NCBI GenBank assembly: GCA_043228905.1
Contig: JBHGNT010000013.1
Location: 19,902,001 to 19,966,000, forward strand
DNA length: 64,000 nucleotides
From: Azolla caroliniana
Taxonomy: Eukaryota > Plantae > Polypodiophyta
Reading direction: 5' to 3'
Shown in pieces: positions 1 through 12,028 of this stretch (its first letter is position 1; each line of letters begins with the position of its first letter). The notes beneath the pieces were generated by a model, which had not been told where the DNA came from, ran no database searches, and saw nothing but the letters and a program-made list of their open reading frames with translations. A program made the translations under genes and the position numbers.

Positions 1-614
1 CTATCATATATATGACCTCACCTCAGGTATGGCATGAATATACAAAGGTAGTATATGATATCCCCAGGCAGCCCCCACCCACATGGATCACGCCAAAATG
101 ATTTCACCTTTTTGACCCTGCGGTGTAAGATACACCATTGGTTGGTTACAAGTAGGGAGTGATGGACAATAATACAGCTACAGAAGCTAATCAACAAAGA
201 AGAATCACAACTTTCTTTAACCCCATAAATCAAGAACCACACAAATGGGCTGCCAACCAGGACATTGCAAAAGGGCAATGACAAATCAGGAAATATCAAT
301 TTATCATGCATGTTGGCTTTGGCCTCATGGATCATGCTCTCATCACCCTTGTCATTAATGACAAAGGCCCTTATCTCCCACCATCACAGGCGTTTCCCTC
401 ACTTTGGAGACCTCTCCATTCTGGATCAACCTATGCTAGAAATTTTTCGAAGCCAAAAATTACAATATATCTCATTTGAGAATATTACATGTATAGTCCA
501 CCTCTTAGTCAATTTCTATTAACTTTTTTGCTTAGTGGCATTTATTTTGGTTTGTTCTTAAAAACAAGACAACATTTAAGATGTAATCTCTTGTTTCTCT
601 TATAGGCTTCTTAA

Positions 615-676
<62 letters not shown>
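1..676 (+). mobile_element. Degenerate, internally deleted RTE/RTEX-like LINE copy ending in a (CT)n tail
   Basis: 60-120 resembles LINE RT at 7750-7815. 180-500 resembles the ORF2 C-terminus at 9780-10100 (QRRITTFF...ISHHHRRFPHFGDLSILDQPMLEIFR). 541-617 resembles the LINE 3' UTR and is followed by (CT)n. Confidence 0.75.
618..676. repeat. (CT)n microsatellite, LINE tail
   Basis: Perfect CT run seen directly. Confidence 0.98.
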
Positions 677-677
<1 letters not shown>

Positions 678-682
<5 letters not shown>

Positions 683-800
683 TATTTTAATTTGATTTGT
701 TGTTCTCAAAGACGAGACAACACTTAAGATGCAATCTCTTGTTTGGTCTTATAGGCCATTTTGGCCTCTCAAAAGACATTAATATATCTTTCTTTCTCTC
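678..800 (+). mobile_element. Isolated LINE 3' UTR/tail (severely 5'-truncated copy)
   Basis: ttgatttgttgttctcaaagacgagacaacacttaa...aaaagacattaatatatctttctttct is nearly identical to the LINE 3' end at 10180-10260. Confidence 0.75.
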
Positions 801-2193
801 ATGGATATTGACAAGAAAAAAGCTTTCCTCTCTAAAACAAAGGCATTCAAGGGTGAGAAAATATACTTAGATGACGATCTCACTCCAGCCCAAGTGGCAC
901 ACCGCAAAGAAAACATGCCACGAGTGCTTGATGCAAGAAAGGAAGAAAAATGGGCTGTATATAGAGATGGTAAGGTCATTATTACAAAGAAGAGAACCAC
1001 ATGACGATATATGGCCTATGAGACCCTACGCATGACTATATGGAACGGCTCTCTACAGACAAATGTCGGATATTTTGAAGATACCTTCAAAAACACAGAT
1101 ATTGCTATGTATACAGAGACCCACCAGTGCATGGCTAGCAAACTCCCTGAGGTGCAAGGATATAGATGGGAGTCATATGTCGTCCCCAACCTCGGACACT
1201 AGGAAACACTCGAGGTTCGGGAGGAGTGGCTGTGCTATACAAAAAGGAGCTCCATTATAGAGTGCATGTTGTCCATAAGGATGTAGATGCACGCTACATG
1301 TGGATACAAATCAAAAGAGGGGATCTTAGGGAGCTATATATTGCTACTTTCCACCTGCCATCTCAAGGTTTGCACCTCCAGCTGAATCACCATATCTACC
1401 ATTATATGATGATATCATAAGATTTGCTACTTTGTGGTGTTCGGGTAAAGGCCCTAAATAACCCCCTTATAGTGTGTACATGTGTATAGGCCTATTTATA
1501 AAGGCCAAAAGTCACTAACCACTTTTTCGTTATTTTTGGGCCAAGTTCAGTGTGAACTTGGCCAACCCTAAATGGGTCATATAAAACATAAGTCAAAAAC
1601 TTTTGGATCTCACTTCAAAGGTGAGTTCCTCCAACTACTGCTCTCTCTCTCTATCTTTTCTACCATAGCTACATTTTATGCGCTACTTTTTCAGCTGATG
1701 ATACTTACGCATATGATGCCTCTCTAAATATTCATTCAGAGGACATGTGTATCACTATGAATGATATTATTGATGCTTTGTTGACTGTCAATGATGCATT
1801 GGCCCAAACATGGATAGTTGACTCTGGTGCTTCATTTCATGTGACTCCTATCAAGGAGTGTTTTTTTACTTTTACTGCAGGCAGCCATGGCCGTGTATAC
1901 CTTGGAAACAATCATGCATGTTCCATTAAGGATATTGGCACTGTGCGTTTTTCTACAAATGGCACTAATGAGTTAGTTTTGCATAATGTGCGTTATGTAC
2001 CAGGGATCAAGAAGAGCTTGATTTCTATGGGGTAAATGGATATGCATGGTTATAGCATTCTCTTTGAGAGAGGATCATGGAAAATAACAAAAGGTTCAAG
2101 GCTAATTGTGAAAGGAAAAAAGAAGGGAACTCTTTATTGCTCACATGGAAATGCTATATCGGGAAAATTTATTGCTTTGGCTGAAGTTCACTC

Positions 2194-2975
2194 CCATATG
2201 GAGTTGTGGCATAAGAGACTTGGCCATATGAGCCAAAAGGGTCTCACTAGGCTTTGTAATCTAAAGAAGCTTGATGCTAAAGGTACGAAGCTTGATTTTT
2301 GTAATGAATGCCAATATGGAAAGCAAGTGAGGCGTTCCTTTTACTCTGGTGTGTCTCGTAAGTCTTGTGTACTTTGATCTTGTTCATTCTGATGTGCGTA
2401 ACATGCCCACCAAATCTATGGGGGTGCAATGTATTTTATATCATTTGTTGATCGCTAGTTTCTAGGAGAAGGGAGTAAAAGAGCATGGAAAATATTTAAT
2501 GAGAAGCAACCCACCACACAATTAACCTCACCACACATGTGGGCAACGTCTTGTAAGAAGGTTGATTCATGTGGGCATGAGCCATGTGGGTGGGGAACAA
2601 GACGTTGCCCCGGGATATCGTATTCATGCCACACCTGTGGTGAGGTTAATTGTGTGGTGGGTTGCTTCTCATTAAATATTTTCCATGCTCTTTTACTCCC
2701 TTCTCCTAGAAACTAGGGATCAACAAATGATATAAAATACACTGCACCCCCATAGATTTGGTGGGCATGTTACACACATCAGAATGAACAAGATCAAAGT
2801 ACACAAGACTTATGAGACACACCAGAGTAAAAGGAACGCCTCACTTGCTTTCCATATTGGCATTCATTACAAAAATCAAGCTTCGTACCTTTAGCATCAA
2901 GTCTTTAGATTACAAAGCCTAGTGAGACCCTTTTGGCTCATATGGCCAAGTCTCTTATGCCACAACTCCATATGG
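2194..2975. repeat. Long inverted repeat (foldback): arms ~2194-2542 and ~2629-2975
   Basis: 2629-2975 is the reverse complement of 2194-2542 (Copia integrase start plus LINE RT piece) with few mismatches. Confidence 0.92.
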
Positions 2976-3990
2976 TATGCTCAGTCCATCTAGCAGAGAA
3001 ACCTTCACACATGGCTCTATTAAAGATGTGTGCTAGCAATGGAACCAAGGTGTCACGGGCATCGATAAAGTGCTAACCCACCAATCCATGATGATCTTGG
3101 GCCGTTCCAAATTGTAGCCGATCAATGGCATTTCTTACATTTTGTGGTGTAAAGAAGGTTGATTCATGTGGGCATGAACCATGTGGGTGGGGAACAAGAC
3201 GTTGCCCCGGGATATCGTATAACACCTTACATACATCAAAGGATGGATTCATCATCAGGCCACCTTATATGGACATACATCTATCCTATGGGCTGCGTAG
3301 TGTGATAGGCCAGCTGCAAACTTCATCACATCAATTACAAATTGAGGTAGGCAGATATACACGAATACCTCTAGAAGAAAGAATTTGCCAATTGTGTCAT
3401 CAAGGAGTGGAATCCGAAGAACACTATGTTTGTCACTATAGTGTATTTTATGAAATCAGAGGGAGATACCATTGCCTCTTTAAACAAGGCTTTGGCCCAC
3501 TACGCAAGGTAATGGAATATAAGGACCAACAATGCCTAGGACTTTTGTTGCTAGAACTCAAGAGACATCGGGAAAAGTTGTTGAAGAATACAACCACACA
3601 AGCTCATCCACAAAGAACAATCACAACTTTCTTTAGCCCCATCACTCCTACTAATGCTACAAGTTCATCACGGGATACACAAATGGGCCCCAAACCGGGA
3701 CATAACAAAGGGGTTACAATTGATCGGGCAATAGCAATTTGCCGTGCACATAGGCCCCGGCCCCATGGACCACGACCTCGACACCCTTGTCATCGACAGA
3801 TAAAAGCCATTATCTCCCGCCATCGTAGGTGCTTCCCTTGCTTCGGAGACATTTCCATTCTGGATCGACCTATTCTAGAGATCTTTCGAAGACCAAAGCT
3901 ACAATATACCTAGCTTGAGAATCTCACATGTGCCAAAAACCAGATTCCATCGTTTCTTCTCTTTTCATCTTATTTACTTTTATATTTACT
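2453..3990 (+). mobile_element. Rearranged, 5'-inverted LINE copy of the same family inserted in the Copia integrase
   Basis: 2453-2542 matches 7631-7720. 2976-3225 is the reverse complement of ~7734-7981. 3226-3990 matches 9415-10150. The Copia integrase core is missing across the junction. Confidence 0.85.
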
Positions 3991-4385
3991 ACAATACATG
4001 TATGCAATAGAACGCCTCACACGTCTTTCAAGGGTGACATCCCTGAAGAGGTTTGGTCTGGCAAACCTGCTTCATATGATCACTTACGTGTCTTTGGTTG
4101 CGAGGCTTTTGTACATATAAGGCCTGAGCTGAGAAACAAACTTGATGCCAAGTCCATTAAGGGCCTCTTCATGGGATATGGTGAAGAAGGCGAAATGGGT
4201 TATAGGATTTGGATACCCCAGCTCAAGAAGGTTATACACAGCCAAGATGTTGTTTTCAATGAGGCAAGGCTGCTTCAAAACAATTGTGCCTCAAAAGATG
4301 ACCATAAAAGGGTTAGATTTCAGCATGACCAGCAACCTGTTAGACCCAGTTTTGACCATCAGGATCCACCACAAAGGACTGAAAA

Positions 4386-5108
4386 TATTGATCATCCAGT
4401 GGTTTTGGAGCCAGAGGATGTTGGACAGCAAGATGAGGATCCTGAGAGGAATATGCTGCCAAATAATAATGCTGAAAATGGCGCTGAAAATATTATTGAT
4501 CATCCAGTGGTTTTGGAGCCAGAAGATGTTGGACAGCAAGATGAGGATCCTGAGAGTAACAATCGGCAACGGTTTGGTTTGAACCGAACCGAACCGCGAA
4601 ACCGCGGTTTAATGGCTGGCTTAACGGATTCAACGGTTCAGTTCGGTTCAGGTTTAGGTTTTTATTAACGGTTCGGTTTTGGTTCGGTTTAAATGGTAAT
4701 GGTTTTTTATTTTTTATTTTTACAAATTTTTAAAATTTTTAAAAAAATTCTAAAATTTGTTTTTAAACAATCTTTTCATTTTTAGACCTTATTCTCACAT
4801 TTTAGGAACATCTTAAAAAATTTTAAAAATGAAATATTATAAATTTTAAACAATTAAAAATTTGACCTATGTTGAAAACCGAAACCGAACCACGAAACCG
4901 CAGTTTTTACGGTTTAATGGTTTAACGGTTTGAAAAATGTTTCACGGTTCAGTTTAACGGTTTCGTGGTTCGGTTTGGTTTGGTTCAGGTTTCAACAAAT
5001 TTAAACGGTTCAGTTAGGACCCTCTCAAACCGAACCAAACCGTTGCCGATTGTTACCTGAGAGGAATATGCAGCCAAATAATAATGCTGAAAATGGCGCT
5101 GAAAATAA
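4386..5108 (+). repeat. 108-bp tandem duplication within Copia (second copy interrupted by MITE)
   Basis: tattgatcatccagtgg...gaggatcctgagag(gaatatg) at 4386 and 4494. Confidence 0.9.
4557..5055. mobile_element. hAT-superfamily MITE (499 bp)
   Basis: TIRs TAACAATCGGCAACGGTTTGGTT / AACCAAACCGTTGCCGATTGTTA. 8-bp TSD CCTGAGAG at 4549-4556 and 5056-5063. Subterminal AACCG/CGGTT repeats and an AT-rich core. Confidence 0.93.
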
Positions 5109-5534
5109 TGGACAGCAGCCTAACAATGATGATTTAGACATGCCACCTGATGTTGATCCATTACCGGACAATATGGATCATTGGGTGAGACGTTCTACTC
5201 GTATAAGACGAAATGTGAGTAGATTTGACCCCACGTTGCACTACATAATGTTGACCGATGAGGGAGAACCTCTTACGTATAAAGAAAGTGGGAGCTTGCT
5301 ATGCAGGAAGAGATTAAGGCTTTGCATTCAAATAATACTTGGGACTTGGTTGAACTGCCCAAAGGAAGGAAAGTTATTCCTAACAAATGGGTATATAAAA
5401 TCAAGACCGTTGATGACAAACCCAAGTATAAAGCAAGGCTGGTTGCAAAAGGATATGCTCAAACTAAGGGCATAGATTTTCAGGAAATGTTTTCTCCTGT
5501 GGTAAAAATGACCACTTTGCGAGTGCTATTTGCA

Positions 5535-5900
5535 TAGATTGACATATTCGCATTCGTCGGGTTTCCTATTCGAATTCAAACGAATACGAATACAAATGGG
5601 TGGTCAAGTATTCGTTTAACCCAAAAAGAAAATAAAAGAGAACTCTCTCTTTTTTAATTTCTTCGGATAAGAAAAAAGGAACTTGACAATAAATAGGGAT
5701 AATAAAAGAGGGACTTGGGGACTTGACACTACTAAATTTTTATAATAAATGTATAACTTATAAGTATTCGTTTTATTTTTAATAAATAAATAAAATAAAA
5801 TAAAGGCTCATTAATTTCTCACTTTTTATTCCCTCAAAATTTATGGATATTTTTATCTTGACATTAAAAATAGTACTTCAAACTAATCATATCTTGAAGT
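5535..5900. mobile_element. One-ended MITE-like insertion replacing the Copia RT core
   Basis: Begins TAGATTGACATATTCG with ATTCG/CGAAT subterminal repeats and then becomes AT-rich. Copia RT jumps from TTLRVLFA to TRPDIAY. No second TIR or TSD found. Confidence 0.55.
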
Positions 5901-6540
5901 ACTACTAGACCTGATATTGCCTATGCAGTGGGAGTTGTCAGCCAATTCATTGCTAATCTGGGCAAGGCACATTGGAATGCAGTATAGTCCATTATGAGGT
6001 ACTTAAAAGGGACTAAAAATAAATGCCTCTGTTATGGAAAAGACCCATTAGAGCTGAAGGGTTTCTGTGACTCTGACATGGCAGGTGATGTGGATACACG
6101 GAAATCCACAAGTGGCTATGTATTCACACTTGCAGGTGGTGTTGTATCATGGTGTAGTAGGCTGCAAAAGGTTGTTGTTTTGTCCACTACCGAGGCAGAA
6201 TATATCTCAGCCACTGAGGCTTCCAAGGAAGCAATATGGTTAGCACGTCTATGCAATGAGTTTGGTTTGCCTGAAAAGGCACCCATTCTTGGTTGTGATA
6301 GCCAGAGTGCCATCTGTTTGGCAAAGAATGCTATGTTTCATGCACGCACAAAACATATTGATGTGCGATATCACTTCATTCGAGAAGTGCTTGAGGATGG
6401 CCTTATCACATTGATAAAGGTCCACACATCACAGAACCCTACGGATGTAATGACCAAGTGCTTACCCAAAGCACAACATCAGATATATGTATACAAATGG
6501 TGGGAGTCACATAGCTTAAAGGCGTCATTAAGTGAGAGGT

Positions 6541-6855
6541 TGTTGGGGTAAAGGCCCTAAATGACCCCCTTATAGTGTGTACATGTGTGTAGGCCTATTT
6601 ATAAAGGCCAAAAGTCACTAACCACTTTTTCATTACTTTTGGGCCAAGTTCAGTGTGAACTTGGCCAATCCTAAATGGGTCATATAAAACATAAGTTAAA
6701 AACTTTTGGATCTCACTTCAAAGGTGAGCTCCTCCAACTACTGCTCTCTCTCTCTATCTTTTCTACCATAGCTCCACTATTGCATCTAAAGGGCCTATAC
6801 TAAGGTGAATCCTGAGTATTCCTTAGCCTGATTGACATCATTCCTAACCCTTACA
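6541..6855 (+). repeat. 3' LTR (315 bp) of Copia 1438-6855
   Basis: Near-identical to 1438-1670 over the shared part; TGTT...TACA ends. Confidence 0.93.
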
Positions 6856-9800
6856 TGTGGGACATAATACTATTACGAGATTTTAATGCACGAACCAAGG
6901 ATAAACAAACAACTATGTTTGACCCCAACGAGGTTGTTTATAGAGAAGTTATGGCAGAAGAGGTTGGTCTAAAGCGACAAGCTCAAGATATGAGTGCTAT
7001 AATTGAATATGGAAAACACTTTCTAGCCTTGGGAAGTGCGCATGGATTTGTGATATATAATGGATTGTCACATTGGCCTGGATCAGATGCTTTGACATGT
7101 TGGAACCCAAAAAAGAGGTGCAAGCACAGTCGATTATCTAATGGGATCTCCATCTCTTATACCTGAAATAAAAGAGTTCACTATATCGGGTAGACCTATT
7201 GGCTTGATAGCAGATCGTGCATATCTACGCTTCAAGGTAAAGGATGGATGGACAAGGGATGTATATCCTAAGGAGAGTGGGGTGGTATCTATTTACTCGC
7301 GAGACAATTGATGTGTATAGTTGTGGAGTATACAATGGCATGCTAGATTTGGATCCTTTCTCACCCCTTGATGAACTTACCCAAGGATTGTCAAAATCAT
7401 TGCATAAAGCAGCCACAAATGCCTTTCCTCACACAACGGCCAATCCCCTCAAACTTAGTAGAGCAATACAAAATAGTTGGTATGATGAGGAATGTCGTGA
7501 TACAAGGAGAAGCTTGCAGCGTGATATAACTTGGGGCATTTATACACGCAAACAAGCGAGAGCAACCTTCCAACACCTTGTAAGGAAGAAGAAGAGATTG
7601 TATTTGGCTAAATTTGAAGATCATTTGTGACGCTTGTTTCTAGGACAAGAAAGTAAAAGAGCATGCAAAATGTTTAATGAGAGCCAACCTACCACACAAC
7701 CGACCTCCCCTTAAGTGTGGCACAAATATGCAAAGGTGTTATACGATATACCGGGGCAACGTCCTGTTCCCCCCCCCACATGGCTCACGCCCACATGAAT
7801 CAACCTTTTTTACTCCACAAAATGTAAGATATGCCATTAACCAACTACAACTTAGGAAGGTTCAGGATCATGATGAATTGGTGAGTGAGCACTTTATCTA
7901 TGCCCCCTTGCTCCCATTGCTAGCACACATCTTTAATAGAGCCATGTGTGAAGGTTTCCCTACTAGATGGACTCAGCATACCATTGTGCCAATCCTCAAG
8001 AGTGGAGACCCCATGATGCCAAACAACTATAGGACAATCATGATTGGCCATTACTTGGCCAAACTATATGGCTCGATTCTAGAATCAGAATTGAGTATAT
8101 GGGCAGAGCAGAATGGTTGTCATTCAATTGGACAGGCAGGCTTTCAAAAGGGGTTCACAACTTTGGATCACATATTGACCCTTCGGACCCTTATTGAGGA
8201 GAGCAGACCCATAATAAGACGATTTATTGTGGATTTCCGAAAAGACTTTGAGACTGTCCCACGTGCTCGACTTATGCAGCGGCCAGAAGTCCTTGGTGTT
8301 CCTACAGATATGCAATGCGGAATCTATGCACTCTATGAATCCGTGTCAGGAAAAGTGCAGTCTTCCAAGGGTTTGTCAAAGGCAGCGGCTAGCACAATCG
8401 GAGTGAAGCAAGGATGCCCACTATCACCCACTCTCTTCGGTCTATATATAGATGACGTATCACATTACATAGAGAGATTCGGGGGTTCGGGAGCACGCCT
8501 AGCAGGTATAGCTATACAAATATTACTATATGTTGATGATATTGTGCTGATTTCTGACACTCCATAGGGACTACAAAGACATCTAAATGCCTTAAAACTA
8601 TTTTGTACAAACAAAGGTTTGTCAATCAACATGGATAAAACTAAAGTGATGGTGTTTAACACCACTCAAGCATGGGTAACAAGATCAGAACCGGAATTCT
8701 TCTTGGGAGAGGAAAAGCTGAAATACACACACTCCTACACATACCTAGGAGTAACATTTACAAGGCCTCGGTTCTCCTTACGGAGGCTGCTTGTGCCCAA
8801 CTTTCTCGTGGATATGCAGCCCTTGGTGCTCTCGACAAACAATGTGCACGTTTGCAGTTCCAAGAGCCACGAACTAAGCTATGGTTATTTGATACACTTG
8901 TCACACAAACCCTTCTCTATGGAGTAGAAACATGGGGACCGAGTCTTAACAAGGCAAATCATTGCAATGATTTAGAGAGACCTTTAGTGTCAATGATTGC
9001 CCGCATGATAAGGAGCAAAGCATCAGTGCCCCACGATATAATCCGGGCAAAGATGGGAGCAGCACCTATAATCACCGATTCATTGTTCCGATCAGTGACA
9101 TTTATCCAATGTCTTTGGGAGCTCCCTAAACGAAGGTACCCAAGGTTGGCACTTATGTCGTCACGACAACTAGCTAAAAATAGAGACATTCATTGTTGTT
9201 ATGCTAAAATGCAGCAATGGTTCGAATCACATGGCATGAGTATAAATGCACTACCCCCGTTCCAATATAGCTTGGACTGTCCCCATCTAAATATGACCAA
9301 AGTGGAAAAGAATAGCGTGATCCAAACTGATAGTATTAACTTGGAAAACAAAATAACATGGATCAGCCCCAAAATATCACTTGGTACAAAGTTGGCCCAC
9401 TATAAGACACACTTCTTACGTACATCAAAGGATGGATTCATCATCAGGCCACCTTATATGGACATACATCTATCCTATGTGCTGCGTAGTGTGATAGGCC
9501 AGCTGCAAACTTCATCACATCAGTTACAAATTGAGGTAGGCAGATATACACGAATACCTCTAGAAGAAAGAATTTGCCAATTGTGTCATCAAGGAGTGGA
9601 ATCCGAAGAACACTATGTTTGTCACTGTAGTGTATTTTATGAAATCAGAGGGAGATACCATTGCCTCTTTAAACAAGGCTTTGGCCCGCTACACAAGGTA
9701 ATGGAATATGGGGACCCAAGGTGCCTAGAACTTTAGAGCTCAAGAGACATCGGGAAAAGTTGTTGAAGAATACAACCAAACAAGCTCATCCACAGAGAAC

Positions 9801-11581
9801 AATCACAACTTTCTTTAGCCCCATCACTCCTACTAATGCTACAAGTCAATCAAGGGATACACAAATGGGCTCCCGATCAAGACATAACAAAGGGGTTACA
9901 ATTGATCGGGCAATAGCAATTTGTTGTGCACGTAAGCCCCGGCCCCATGGACCACGACCTCAACACCCTTGTCATCAACAAATAAAAGCCATTATCTCCC
10001 GCCATTGCAGTGCTTCCCCCGCTTCGGAGACATTTCGATTCTAGATCAACCTATGCTAGAGATCTTTCGAATACATCTAACCTGAGAATCTCACATGTGC
10101 CGAAAGCCAGTTTCCCTTGTCTTTTTTTACCTTATTTAGTTTTATATTTACAAAGTAATATTTACTTTATTTTGATTTGTTGATTTGTTGTTCTCAAAGA
10201 CGAGACAACACTTAATATGTAATCTCTTAAAAGACATTAATATATCTTTCTTTCTTTCTTCCTCATTAACTCTGCACACACTTGCTGCTTATTTCTTCCT
10301 CAAAGGTTCCAAAGGTTTTCTTTTTAATGCATCAGCTTGCAATCAATCAGGTCTCCCCAAAACAAGTATAATTAGCATTCATATTGGCTTCAAAGTCAAA
10401 CGTTTTTTGTTTGCTGTCCTTTCTTCCTCAGCTGCACATTCCAGTTTTTCCTTTATCTCTTACACACAATTGCAAGTGTACAGGCACATCCACGAGGCAT
10501 GTACAATATAGAAACATAACAAGCTTTCGGAAAAATCCCCACAAGTCAGTGGGGAAAATAACTCAGATTCAACCCTGAAACTTGACAACACGAAAACATG
10601 TGTTGTATATATGCATGCCCTTCTACGAGGGCAGATTTGCCAGCAATTTCAGGTCCAGATATACCAGAAGTACCGTGTAATAACGTTCTGTTGCATACAC
10701 AGTATTCATTATTCTATTTTTTTGAGTAGAAATATCCTTCTTGTTATGTACAGCCTTCGAAAGGATAATCCAATCACCTAGGACAGGAAAATTAGCACTC
10801 TTGCTATCCACAATCATCCCTAGGTCTTGATGCCCTAACACTATTGTCCTTAATATATAACTATCCATTCCTAAGCCGCATTCACAGTTTGTTTCTCTAC
10901 TCCCCAGAATGGAGTTTAAAAAATGGAGTTTAAAATATCAGCATTGGAAACATTTCCTGAAAATGAGAAATAAGGAAATGCAGGAAGAAATAGGATAAAA
11001 GATACAGAAACGATGGGAAAAAAAGGATGAAAGATATGACGAACTTGGTAAATGGCCCTCTTTATTGTTGCAACCACATAGGAATTTGTATTCAATGTTC
11101 AACAGCTAGTGTCTCTCTTTCCCTTGACTCGAGTGAAGGCATTTTAATCTGACAAGATAGATGGGTTCTTATGGCCTAATTGTAGTTTTGAAAAGCATGC
11201 ACCGTCTTAAACTATTCTAATTCCAACCATTCAAAGTTAGGAAAAAAGAAACACCAAAATACAATGATAGCATTTTCCAAAAATGTTTTATGCAAATTGC
11301 AAAAATAATTGTATTGTAGCACCATAAACTATAGTTCGCGAGGAAGGTGAAATTTCCAAACTTTGTTATAAAGCAATTTATTGTTTTACTGCATTGAGAA
11401 ACAAAGTATAGTACCTATTTCGTTTTTTGTTTCAGCCTAGCTAATCTCTCACTGAATGTAAGGACATAGTTCACTATAACAGAAATTCTGAAGAACATTG
11501 AGCGTCAAAAACATACAAACGCACCATATTCCCAGACCTTATTAATGATACTTTCCCTAGCATTTCTTGCAAACCATCACA

Positions 11582-11850
11582 AAAAACGGCATCACATGAA
11601 TCTTCGTGGTATGAAGAATATTTTAAAGAATCTCCATGAAAAAGACGTCACAAAAACGCCATTTTATATGCATATTGCGTTGAAGACCACATAAGCGCAG
11701 ATTATGATGAGCTTAAAAACGGCATCACATGAATCTTCGTGGTATGAAGAATATTTTAAAGAATCTCCATGAAAAAGACGTCACAAAAAACGCCATTTTA
11801 TATGCATATTGTGTTGAAGACCACATAAGCACAGATATGATGAGCTTAAA
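11582..11850. repeat. 133-bp tandem duplication
   Basis: aaaaacggcatcacatgaatcttcgtgg... occurs at ~11582 and ~11715. Confidence 0.92.
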
Positions 11851-11991
11851 GTCTCTGAAACATGCAAACTGCACAGACTGACGCAAATTTATAAAAATTG
11901 AATGCATAAAGAGGTATGGAGAAATAGGGAAATTAGGGTGTCAAAAGAAAAAGCTTCAGAGGAACGGCAAAGAAAAGGGAATTGAACTAAC

Positions 11992-12028
11992 CGTCATAGA
12001 AGTAAGAAACGCGATCTTTGGGAGGCAT
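11992..12028 (-). CDS. HDA9: Exon 1 of class I (RPD3-type) histone deacetylase, HDA9-like; the rest of the gene is presumably left of the window
   Basis: ATG CCT CCC AAA GAT CGC GTT TCT TAC TTC TAT GAC G|GTTAGT = MPPKDRVSYFYD-G, then a phase-1 donor. Closely resembles the HDA9 N-terminus (MRSKDKISYFYDGDVG). CT-rich 5' UTR upstream. Only 12 codons are visible. Confidence 0.75.

Larger units (their letters stand above)
1438..6855 (+). mobile_element. Ty1/Copia LTR retrotransposon, degenerate (gag deleted, carrying nested insertions)
   Basis: TSD TGTGG at 1433-1437 and 6856-6860. 5' LTR 1438-~1670 is truncated; 3' LTR 6541-6855 runs TG...CA with a purine tract before it. Protease WIVDSGASFH, GAG-pre-integrase LWHKRLGH, integrase C-term HLRVFGC, RT KYKARLVAKGY, RNase H ARTKHIDVRYHFIRE. 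Confidence 0.95.
801..10260 (+). mobile_element. 5'-truncated RTE/RTEX-like LINE (ORF1 end, APE endonuclease, RT, C-terminal Zn-knuckle), interrupted by Copia at 1438-6855
   Basis: ORF1 C-term IYLDDDLT (801-1004). Endonuclease motifs IWN, ETH and GSGGVAVLYK (1011-1430) resume as IILLRDFNART at 6861. RT motifs QAGF, GVKQGCPLSPTLF and LLYVDD (7677-8567). SHQLQIEVGRY...RICQLC...ESEEH (9510-9630). Multiple frameshifts and stops. Confidence 0.9.

Noticed and set aside
3125-3913. 262-aa ORF as a host gene
   Set aside because: It is a chance fusion of an inverted LINE piece with the LINE ORF2 C-terminus.
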